From the sequence record SRR22947725_824: 33,669 nt of DNA. One strand, written 5' to 3'. A program made the position numbers and the translations under genes. Shown here in pieces: positions 1-7,761 of this stretch; position 1 is the first letter of the stretch; each line of letters opens with the position of its first letter. Under the pieces are notes generated by a model. The model saw nothing but the letters and a program-made list of their open reading frames with translations. It did not search any database and was not told where the DNA came from.

Positions 1-928
1 TATCAAAGTGACCAATATTACAAACAATAGTGTTGTCTTTCATTTTTTCAAAGTGATCTTTGGTAATAATATCTTTATTACCAGTCGCTGTGACTACTAT
101 GTCCGCATTAGATATAATAGACTCTAATTTTTTTACTTCAAAACCATCCATTGCTGCTTGCAATGCACAAATAGGATCAATCTCTGTTACCGTAACAATA
201 CTTCCTGCTCCTGCAAACGAAGCTGCAGTTCCTTTACCAACATCACCATAACCGCAAACAACAACTCTTTTACCAGCTAGCATAATATCAGTAGCTCTTC
301 TAACTGCATCAACAGCACTTTCTTTACATCCATATTTGTTGTCAAATTTACTCTTGGTTACAGAATCATTCACATTAATTGCTGGTATAGGTAAAGTACC
401 ATTACTCATTCTCTCATATAAGCGGTGCACACCTGTAGTTGTTTCTTCACTAAGACCTTTAATTCCATTGACAAGTTCAGGAAAATGATCCAAAACTAAA
501 TTTGTTAAATCTCCGCCATCGTCAAGAATCATATTTAATGGTTTTTGATCTTCACCAAAGAAAACAGTTTGTTCAATACACCAATCAAATTCTTTCTCAG
601 TCATTCCTTTCCAAGCGTATACAGAAATTCCTGCTGCAGCAATTGCAGCAGCAGCATGATCTTGAGTTGAAAATATATTACACGAACTCCATGTAACTTC
701 AGCACCTAAATCAACTAAAGTTTCAATTAAGACTGCAGTTTGAATAGTCATGTGTAAGCATCCAGCTATTCTAGCTCCTTTAAGCGGTTGGGTACCTTTG
801 TATTCTTTTCTTAAACTCATTAATCCCGGCATTTCTGCCTCGGCTAATGTTATCTCTTTTCTACCCCAATCAGCGAGTGATAAGTCCTTAACTTTGTAAG
901 GGCTATATTTAGTATTTTTTGCAATCAT
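1..928 (-). CDS. ahcY: Adenosylhomocysteinase (SAH hydrolase); 3' end runs off the window
   Basis: Manual minus-strand translation from ATG at 928: [37 protein letters not shown]...[21 protein letters not shown]...[14 protein letters not shown]...ILDDGGD...[11 protein letters not shown]...[13 protein letters not shown]...GYGDVGKG...CNIGHFD. These are the hallmark AhcY motifs. It is missing from the ORF track because there is no stop codon in the window. Confidence 0.97.
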   Translation of the reverse strand, partial: MIAKNTKYSPYKVKDLSLADWGRKEITLAEAEMPGLMSLRKEYKGTQPLKGARIAGCLHMTIQTAVLIETLVDLGAEVTWSSCNIFSTQDHAAAAIAAAGISVYAWKGMTEKEFDWCIEQTVFFGEDQKPLNMILDDGGDLTNLVLDHFPELVNGIKGLSEETTTGVHRLYERMSNGTLPIPAINVNDSVTKSKFDNKYGCKESAVDAVRRATDIMLAGKRVVVCGYGDVGKGTAASFAGAGSIVTVTEIDPICALQAAMDGFEVKKLESIISNADIVVTATGNKDIITKDHFEKMKDNTIVCNIGHFD

Positions 929-933
929 AATCG

Positions 934-941
934 TATATTTG
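934..941 (+). promoter_or_regulatory. Candidate Bacteroidota sigma-70 -7 element (TATATTTG) for the PPTase-pnuC-kinase unit
   Basis: Exact TAnnTTTG match in the divergent ahcY/PPTase spacer. Confidence 0.45.
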
Positions 942-992
942 GTACATTGTTTCTTTAGATTGTAAATTTACATAATAAGTTTTTATAATTAT

Positions 993-1625
993 ATGCCAAT
1001 TTATAAAAGTTATAGCCCTAATTCTTCCACATGTATTAAAGTTTGGAAAATTTCTGAAAGTTTCAATGAATTATTATCTTCCGTAGACATAAGCAAAAAC
1101 ACTATAGAAAAATTAGATAAAGTTCAAAGTGATGTTAAAAAATGTGAAATTTTAAGTGTTAGACACCTTTTAAAAGAATTTGGATTTTCTGATAATGATC
1201 TCTTTTACAATGAAAATGGTAAACCAATGTTGTCAAACAAAAAACACATTTCGATAAGTCACTCAAAATTATTTTCATCAATTATTATTAGTGACTTTAA
1301 TATTTCAATTGATATTGAAAAAGTAAGTGATAAGATCGCTAAAGTTTCTAGTAAGTTTATTGATTATGAATATTCATTTCTTGGAGATTTAAACAACGAA
1401 CTAGAAAGGCTTACCTTAATTTGGTGTGTTAAAGAATGTATTTATAAAATATCAAACGAAAAACTACCTTTTATTTTCAAAAGTAATTGTATTGTTACCC
1501 CGTTTAATTTACAAGATAGCTCAGTAATTTCTTGGCTAAAATTTAATGGAACTATACTTTCTTTTAAATCTTATCTTCATAGTTTTGAAGATTATAAACT
1601 AGTATATTTAATCCAAAATAAATAA
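993..1625 (+). CDS. 4'-phosphopantetheinyl transferase (Sfp/ACPS superfamily)
   Basis: Motifs NGKP, ISISHS, (G/S)IDIE and WCVKECIYK (WxxKE). Confidence 0.85.
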   Translation: MPIYKSYSPNSSTCIKVWKISESFNELLSSVDISKNTIEKLDKVQSDVKKCEILSVRHLLKEFGFSDNDLFYNENGKPMLSNKKHISISHSKLFSSIIISDFNISIDIEKVSDKIAKVSSKFIDYEYSFLGDLNNELERLTLIWCVKECIYKISNEKLPFIFKSNCIVTPFNLQDSSVISWLKFNGTILSFKSYLHSFEDYKLVYLIQNK

Positions 1626-2242
1626 TGGGCAGCATAGTTGATTTTTTTATAGAATCCTACTCCAGCACATCATATTTAATGATAATTCTTGAAATAATTG
1701 CATTCTTATTTGGAATTATTAGTGTTGTCTATGCCAAAAAAGAAAATATTTTGGTTTATCCCACAGGGATTATTTGCACAGTTATTACCGTTTATATTTT
1801 ATTTAAAGCTCAATATTTTGGTGATATGATGATGAATATTTATTATTCATCGATGAGTATTTATGGATGGTGGAACTGGACAAGATACAAAAATGATAAT
1901 ACTAGAATTGTAATCACATATGCCAATTATAGAGAAAGAATAATTGCCAGCTTATTTTTTTTAATTACAATTGTCATAACGTATTCCGTTTATTTAATGA
2001 ATAGCTCAATAATTTATATAGAAAATTATATTGACATCTTCACATCTGGAATATTTTTTGTAGCAATGTGGTTTATGGCTAATAAAAAAATAGAAAGTTG
2101 GGTTTTTTGGATAGTTGGTGATTTAATTACAATACCTTTGTATGCTTACAGAGGATTAGGTATGTTATCTCTACAATATTTAATTTTTACAATTTTAGCA
2201 ATTCAAGGATATAATCAATGGAAAAAGAGCTTAGTCAAGTAA
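1625..2242 (+). CDS. pnuC: PnuC-family vitamin transporter (nicotinamide riboside/thiamine type)
   Basis: About 7 hydrophobic segments; YGWWNW (WxxW), KKIESWVFWIVGD and C-terminal GYNQWKK; lies next to a NadR-type kinase. Confidence 0.9.
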   Translation: MGSIVDFFIESYSSTSYLMIILEIIAFLFGIISVVYAKKENILVYPTGIICTVITVYILFKAQYFGDMMMNIYYSSMSIYGWWNWTRYKNDNTRIVITYANYRERIIASLFFLITIVITYSVYLMNSSIIYIENYIDIFTSGIFFVAMWFMANKKIESWVFWIVGDLITIPLYAYRGLGMLSLQYLIFTILAIQGYNQWKKSLVK

Positions 2243-2790
2243 AATCAAGTTGTATTAAAGTTGTTTTATTTGGGCCGGAGTCTACAGGGAAGACTACTCT
2301 CTCAAGACAATTAGCTAGACATTATAATTCGGTTTGGGTTAGAGAGTTTGCAAGACAGTACTTACAAAATAAGTGGAACAATCAAAGAAAGACTTGTGAA
2401 CCATCAGATTTAATTCCGATTGCAAGAGGTCAAATTAAGCTAGAGAACGAATTAGCATCTAAAGCTAACAAGGTTTTAATTTGTGACACAGATTTATTGG
2501 AGACTAAAGTATATTCTGAGGCTTATTATATTGGTAGTTGTGACCCAACACTTGAAAAATATGCAATTGAAAACTCTTACGACCTTTACTTACTTACTTA
2601 CATAGATATTCCATGGGAGGCAGATGATTTAAGAGATAAGCCAAAACAAAGAGAAGAGATGTTTAACGCTTTTGAATCTGAATTAAAAAAATACAACAAA
2701 CCTTATGTAATATTAAAAGGAGATAAGGAAACCAGATTGAAAGAAGCAATTAATTTAATTGATAAATTAATTATAAATAATCCCGAATAA
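2218..2790 (+). CDS. NadR-like P-loop kinase (ribosylnicotinamide kinase domain only, AAA_28-like)
   Basis: Walker A GPESTGKTT, EFARQYL, ICDTD and PWEADDLRD; no HTH or adenylyltransferase domain. Confidence 0.85.
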   Translation: MEKELSQVKSSCIKVVLFGPESTGKTTLSRQLARHYNSVWVREFARQYLQNKWNNQRKTCEPSDLIPIARGQIKLENELASKANKVLICDTDLLETKVYSEAYYIGSCDPTLEKYAIENSYDLYLLTYIDIPWEADDLRDKPKQREEMFNAFESELKKYNKPYVILKGDKETRLKEAINLIDKLIINNPE

Positions 2791-2815
2791 TTTTTTTAGA
2801 ATAAAAATTACTCAA

Positions 2816-2823
2816 TACATTTG
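2816..2823 (+). promoter_or_regulatory. -7 promoter element (TACATTTG) driving the riboswitch leader
   Basis: Exact TAnnTTTG ending 8 nt before the 5' strand of aptamer P1, as expected for a TSS just upstream of the aptamer. Confidence 0.7.
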
Positions 2824-2831
2824 TTATGTCT

Positions 2832-2901
2832 CAAAAGGGGTGCTTTACAGCTGAGATTATACCCATTGAACCTAGAACAGATAATGCTGTTTAGGAATTT
2901 G
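2832..2901 (+). ncRNA. TPP (THI-box) family riboswitch aptamer, variant in the pyrophosphate-sensing arm
   Basis: GGGGUGC...GCUGAGA-UUAU-ACCC...GAACCU...AUAAUG...UAGG. P1 CAAA/UUUG, P2 GGG/CCC, P3 GCU/AGC and P5 ACAG/CUGU with an AUAAUG loop; sits directly upstream of a TonB receptor. Confidence 0.9.
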
Positions 2902-2962
2902 TATCAAACCATTAATTATACAAAAATAATTGACCCCTTTTTATTTGATAATATTTTATCAT

Positions 2963-5086
2963 ATGAAAAATCTATTATTTAACTTATCATTTATTTTAAC
3001 ATTTTCACTTTTTTCTCAAGAAATCAAACAAGATACAACTAGGGTACAAAACCTAGAGGAGGTTATTGTCTCCTCTATTCGGGTGAAACAAAATGCACCT
3101 ATAGCTTTTACCAATGTTTCAAAGGGTGAGTTGGGTAAAAAGAACCTTGGTCAAGATTTACCTATTTTACTTAATTCTTTAACTTCAGTAGTTACTACAT
3201 CTGATGCTGGAGCTGGAGTAGGATATACAGGTATTAGAATTAGAGGAATAAATGCACAATCAACTAATATAACAATAAATGGCATTCCATATAATGATGC
3301 AGAGTCTTTGGGTACATATTGGGTAGATTTACCTGATTTTGCCTCTTCAGTTGAAAATCTTCAAGTACAACGAGGAGTTGGAACATCCACAAACGGTTCT
3401 AGTGCCTTTGGAGCTAGTATTAATATACTAACAGATTTAATTTCAAAAAACTCTTACTTTGAAAACTCTAACTCAGTCGGTAGCTACAATACTATTAAAA
3501 ACACCTTTAAATTCAGTACAGGAATACTTAATGATTATTTTGAATTTTCTGGTAGACTTTCTAAAATAGATTCAGATGGCTATATTGATAGATCTAGTTC
3601 TGATTTAAAATCCTATTTTTTACAATTAAACTACAAAAAAGAAAATACGTTAATAAAGGCTTTAAGTTTTGGTGGTCATGAAATAACTTATCAAGCTTGG
3701 AATGGAATTGATGGAGAAACACTTCAAAGTGATAGAACTTATAATCCTTCTGGAATGTATGTAGATCAATCTGGTAATATTCAATTTTATGACAATGAAG
3801 TTGATAATTATAAACAAGATCACTACCAAATACATTGGAGTCAAATTATAAACACTAGACTAACTTCAAATTTATCATTTAACATAACTAATGGCCTTGG
3901 TTATTATGAGCAATATAAAGAAAATGATAATCAAGATTATGTAACAAGAAAGTGGCTAGATAATCAATTTATAGTTGGAAACTATTCTTTAAATTATCAA
4001 GACAATAAAGTAAATATGAATTTTGGTTCTTCTTATAGTCAGTACGATGGAGATCATTTTGGAAAAGTAATTTGGGCTCAAAACACACCCGGAATCCAAA
4101 TAGATGATCGTTTTTATGATGGTAACGGAATTAAAAAAGACTTTAGTAATTATATCAAAACCACATATCAGTTAAATTCTAAATTACTATTATATGGTGA
4201 TATTCAATTTAGAAATATTAACTATAGTACAACAGGAAGCACATCTGAAATTGCTAACTTTTTAATAAACAAAAAGTATAATTTTTTTAATCCCAAGGGA
4301 GGATTAAATTACCTATTTAATAATCATAATAGGTTGTACTTTTCTTTTGCAAGATCAAATCGTGAACCTACAAGAAGTGATTATGAAAGTAATCCTAATA
4401 TAAGATCAGAACAATTAAATGACTTTGAAATTGGTTGGAATCTCACTAAGAAAAACGTTAATTTAACCACTAATTTTTATATGATGCAATATAAAGATCA
4501 GCTAGTTTTAACAGGTTCCATTGATGATGTTGGATCCCCTGTTAGAGAAAACAGTGGAGAAAGTTATCGAGTTGGTTTAGAACTAGAAACAGTTTTTAAT
4601 TTATCTGATAAAGTTTCTCTGCAAGCTAATTCGGCTTTTAGTGATAATAAAAACAAAAATTTTGTAACATCTATTGATGGAGAGTTAGTAAATCTTGGAA
4701 AAACTAATATATCTTTTTCACCAGAAATAGTATCCTCGGTAAATTTATCGTACTCGCCTAAAGAAAACATGGTTTTATCTATATTAAATAAATATGTTGG
4801 TGAGCAATATATGAGTAATACAGATTCTCTATTTTCAAAACTAGATGCTTACTCAGTCATTGATTTTAATTTTAATTATAATTTTAAAAACACTTTTTTC
4901 TTTTCTGAAATAGTATTATCAGGTGTTATTAGTAATTTGTTTGGAGCTGAATATGTGTCTAATGGATATTATTATACATATGATGATACTTGGAGTGATC
5001 CTAATAGTATAACAACAATTGAAGGGACAGGATACTATCCTCAAGCTACAAGGAACTATATGCTAGGATTAAAATTTAAATTATAG
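2963..5086 (+). CDS. TonB-dependent outer-membrane receptor, probable thiamine/vitamin B1-vitamer uptake
   Basis: Signal peptide from ATG 2963 (MKNLLFNLSFILTFSLFSQ), TonB-box-like LEEVIVSS, plug SDAGAGVGYTGIRIRG...NGIPYNDAES...VQRGVGTSTNG, C-terminal YYPQATRNYMLGLKFKL; TPP-type riboswitch in the leader. Confidence 0.9.
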   Translation: MKNLLFNLSFILTFSLFSQEIKQDTTRVQNLEEVIVSSIRVKQNAPIAFTNVSKGELGKKNLGQDLPILLNSLTSVVTTSDAGAGVGYTGIRIRGINAQSTNITINGIPYNDAESLGTYWVDLPDFASSVENLQVQRGVGTSTNGSSAFGASINILTDLISKNSYFENSNSVGSYNTIKNTFKFSTGILNDYFEFSGRLSKIDSDGYIDRSSSDLKSYFLQLNYKKENTLIKALSFGGHEITYQAWNGIDGETLQSDRTYNPSGMYVDQSGNIQFYDNEVDNYKQDHYQIHWSQIINTRLTSNLSFNITNGLGYYEQYKENDNQDYVTRKWLDNQFIVGNYSLNYQDNKVNMNFGSSYSQYDGDHFGKVIWAQNTPGIQIDDRFYDGNGIKKDFSNYIKTTYQLNSKLLLYGDIQFRNINYSTTGSTSEIANFLINKKYNFFNPKGGLNYLFNNHNRLYFSFARSNREPTRSDYESNPNIRSEQLNDFEIGWNLTKKNVNLTTNFYMMQYKDQLVLTGSIDDVGSPVRENSGESYRVGLELETVFNLSDKVSLQANSAFSDNKNKNFVTSIDGELVNLGKTNISFSPEIVSSVNLSYSPKENMVLSILNKYVGEQYMSNTDSLFSKLDAYSVIDFNFNYNFKNTFFFSEIVLSGVISNLFGAEYVSNGYYYTYDDTWSDPNSITTIEGTGYYPQATRNYMLGLKFKL

Positions 5087-5087
5087 A

Positions 5088-5519
5088 TTAAAAATTAGAA
5101 ATAAAAAGGTTGCTGCCATTTATTTCTACTCTATAAGCTTTCAGACCGCATTCTAGAGCTACTGTTAAAGACTGACCTGTGATAAGACTGTAAGAGTTTT
5201 CTTCAGGACAATTGCTTACACATTCTAATCCATTAATAGTCATAGTTGAACAGCTAGTAGGTATTCGGTTCGGGTCACTAGCATCCCAAGCTAAGTATCC
5301 TGTGCCAGAATTTGTGACTATAATACCCCCATTTCCAATATTAGGAATATAAACTGAGTTACTAATAAAGTTTAATTGGTTATACTGTGGTAGATTGAGG
5401 TTGATTTCATAATTAACTTCAATATTTGCCAAATATCTGCAGTTGGATGAAATTTCATCTTTTTTACATGTAAATATCGTTAATACAACAAATATTAAAA
5501 TGATTGATATTTTTTTCAT
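5088..5519 (-). CDS. Lipoprotein with a degenerate Rieske-like domain (conserved flavobacterial hypothetical)
   Basis: Lipobox IFT-C18 followed by KKDE; GNGGIIV, AWDASDPNR, C...C-x3-C...YSLITGQ and LKAYRV resemble a Rieske-type fold. Confidence 0.6.
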   Translation of the reverse strand: MKKISIILIFVVLTIFTCKKDEISSNCRYLANIEVNYEINLNLPQYNQLNFISNSVYIPNIGNGGIIVTNSGTGYLAWDASDPNRIPTSCSTMTINGLECVSNCPEENSYSLITGQSLTVALECGLKAYRVEINGSNLFISNF

Positions 5520-5562
5520 TTAGTGAAATTACAACAAAAAGATTTTTCATTTAAATATTTTG

Positions 5563-5570
5563 TATATTTG
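5563..5570 (+). promoter_or_regulatory. -7 promoter element (TATATTTG) for greA
   Basis: Exact TAnnTTTG ending 65 nt upstream of the greA ATG. Confidence 0.65.
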
Positions 5571-5576
5571 ATTTAT

Positions 5577-5600
5577 ATCTCGTGAGAACGAGATTTTTTG
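5577..5600 (+). terminator. Intrinsic terminator-like hairpin in the greA leader
   Basis: ATCTCGT-GAGA-ACGAGAT (7-bp stem, GNRA tetraloop) followed by TTTTTG. Confidence 0.7.
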
Positions 5601-5635
5601 TATTTATATAGCAAGTTTTAATTAATTATAAAGTA

Positions 5636-6109
5636 ATGAGTAATATTTCATATTATACAAAAGAAGGATTAAAGAAATTAAGAGATGAATTAAGTCAGTT
5701 AAAAGACATTGAAAGACCAAAAGCTTCAAATGCTATTGCAGAAGCAAGGGATAAAGGAGATTTGAGTGAGAATGCAGAATATGATGCTGCTAAAGAAGCT
5801 CAAGGTATGTTAGAAATGAAAATCTCTAAACTTGAAGAAACTTTGTCTGGAGCCAGAGTAATTGACGAATCTCAGTTAGATAATTCTAAAGTATTAGTTT
5901 TATCTAAGGTAAAGATTAAAAATAAGTCAAATGGAATGGAAATGTCTTATACTTTAGTAGCTGATGGTGAAGCAGACCTATCAGCTGGAAAACTTTCTGT
6001 TAACTCTCCTATTGGTAAAGGTTTATTAGGTAAATCATTGGGTGATATTGCAGAAATTAAAGTCCCTAACGGAACGATTAAATTCATTATTACTGATATT
6101 TCAAGATAA
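5636..6109 (+). CDS. greA: Transcription elongation factor GreA
   Basis: AEARDKGDLSENAEYDAAKE and SVNSPIGKGLLGK. Confidence 0.97.
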   Translation: MSNISYYTKEGLKKLRDELSQLKDIERPKASNAIAEARDKGDLSENAEYDAAKEAQGMLEMKISKLEETLSGARVIDESQLDNSKVLVLSKVKIKNKSNGMEMSYTLVADGEADLSAGKLSVNSPIGKGLLGKSLGDIAEIKVPNGTIKFIITDISR

Positions 6110-6516
6110 TGGCTTCTATTTTTTCTAAAATAATTTCTAAAGAAATTCCTTGCTATAAAATTGCAGAAAATCAGGAATTCATTGCCTTTTTAGATATTAA
6201 TCCAAATTCAGTAGGTCACACACTTTGTGTTCCTAAAATTGAGGTTGACAACTTTTTGGATCTAGAAATAAAATTATACGATAAATTAATGTCATTTTCA
6301 AGGGATGTAGCGTTGGCGATCAAAGAAGTTGTGCCTTGTAAAAGAATAGGGATGTCATTAATAGGTCTGGAAGTTCCACATGTTCACGTGCATCTAATAC
6401 CAATTTCTAATATGGAGGACATGCAATTTGTAAAAAAAGTCAAATTAAACCATAATCAATTTGATTCGTTAGCAAAAAAAATACACACTGCTTATTCTTT
6501 ATCAAATTCAATTTGA
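6109..6516 (+). CDS. HIT family nucleotide hydrolase
   Basis: SIFSKII, AFLDINP, GHTL and the histidine triad VPHVHVHLIP. Confidence 0.93.
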   Translation: MASIFSKIISKEIPCYKIAENQEFIAFLDINPNSVGHTLCVPKIEVDNFLDLEIKLYDKLMSFSRDVALAIKEVVPCKRIGMSLIGLEVPHVHVHLIPISNMEDMQFVKKVKLNHNQFDSLAKKIHTAYSLSNSI

Positions 6517-7634
6517 ATAACCGTCTTAACGTTTAATTCTGAGTATTTTACAAATATTTTACCATTGTGATAATCTTCTATAATTCTTTTAGATAATGAT
6601 AATCCAAGACCCCAGCCTCTTTTTTTACTTGTGTACCCGGGGTTAAATATTTTTTTAAAATGACTTTTTTTTATTCCAGTTCCATTATCAGTAATTGTAA
6701 GTACTAATATGTTTTTTTGCTCAATAAGTTGAACTAGTATATCTCCGTTTCCTTTAATAGCATCAATACTGTTTTTTATAATATTTTCAATTGTCCAGCT
6801 ATAAAGTTGTTTATTGATTTGGCAGTATAATTGCTTTTCTGGGAATTTAAATTCAATATTCACCCTTTGGGACACCCTTGTCGTTAAATAATCTAGTGAA
6901 TCTTTGGTCAGTTTTGTAAGGTTGGTACTTAATAAAATTGGATTAGAGCCAATTTTATTAAATCTTTCACTTATAATATTTAATCTATCAATATCTTTTT
7001 CAATCTCAATTAAATAATTTGAGTCTACTTTATTGCTTTTCAATATCTCTAACCATCCCATCAATGATGTTAATGGGGTGCCAATTTGATGAGCTGTTTC
7101 TTTTGCCATACCAGTCCATAGCATATTAAGTGTAGCGATTTTAGAACTTTTATAATAAAAGTAAATTAATGATATGAATAATAAAATTATTAAGATTAGA
7201 GCTAATGGATAATACTTTAACTTATTTATAACATCAGAATTTCCATAGTATAATGTTTCTATAACTTTGTTATCATAATAAATTTTAATTGGACTGTTTT
7301 CATTTTTAAATTTCCTTATAAGTTTATTTATCTTAGTAGTATCATTAATTTTTAGATTAGTAATATTATTGAATTCTATTTCTCCATTTTTATTAACTTT
7401 TATCATTGGAGTTGTAGAGTTGTTTTTTAATACCTCTAGTGTAAGATTAGAAATATTATCATCATCCAAAGATTTTGTTAATTCAGCTTGAGCTAATGAC
7501 CATATTTGCATTTTAGATCTTTCTTCTGTTTTAAATTTTTGAAAAAAGAGAAAAGTATTCCATAAAATTGCAGAAATAATTATTAAGGACAAGGAAACTA
7601 AAATCCAGCTAGATATATTGTTTTTTTTGTTCAA
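6492..7634 (-). CDS. Orphan membrane sensor histidine kinase
   Basis: Two TM segments; H-box ETAHQIGTPL, N-box ENIIKNSIDA, DNGTG, FNPGYTSK and GWGLGLS; TTG start. Confidence 0.92.
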   Translation of the reverse strand: MNKKNNISSWILVSLSLIIISAILWNTFLFFQKFKTEERSKMQIWSLAQAELTKSLDDDNISNLTLEVLKNNSTTPMIKVNKNGEIEFNNITNLKINDTTKINKLIRKFKNENSPIKIYYDNKVIETLYYGNSDVINKLKYYPLALILIILLFISLIYFYYKSSKIATLNMLWTGMAKETAHQIGTPLTSLMGWLEILKSNKVDSNYLIEIEKDIDRLNIISERFNKIGSNPILLSTNLTKLTKDSLDYLTTRVSQRVNIEFKFPEKQLYCQINKQLYSWTIENIIKNSIDAIKGNGDILVQLIEQKNILVLTITDNGTGIKKSHFKKIFNPGYTSKKRGWGLGLSLSKRIIEDYHNGKIFVKYSELNVKTVIQIEFDKE

Positions 7635-7761
7635 AACTAAGCTTGTAAAATAATTTATTAAATAAATATAATCTAATTATATCAAACTATAATAACATAT
7701 AAATGATTAGAAATCTTTATTTTAGACAATCAAAAAATAATTAACAAATTTAATAATCAAC

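Noticed and set aside
60-696. Plus-strand ORFs 60..251 and 502..696
   Set aside because: Antisense shadows of ahcY on the minus strand, with no recognisable motifs.
929-992. SAH/SAM riboswitch upstream of ahcY
   Set aside because: The spacer is only 64 bp, AT-rich and has no aptamer consensus.
993-1625. Secondary-metabolite cluster implied by the Sfp-type PPTase
   Set aside because: No NRPS, PKS or carrier protein nearby; likely the housekeeping ACP-activating enzyme.
2930-2962. TTG start at 2930 for the TonB receptor
   Set aside because: It lies in the riboswitch expression platform; ATG 2963 gives a clean signal peptide (MKN + hydrophobic stretch).
7691-7700. Single ATAACAT upstream of DUF3127-atoE-ppk2 as a second site for the PhoB-like regulator
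   Set aside because: No partner half-site at plus or minus 11 bp.
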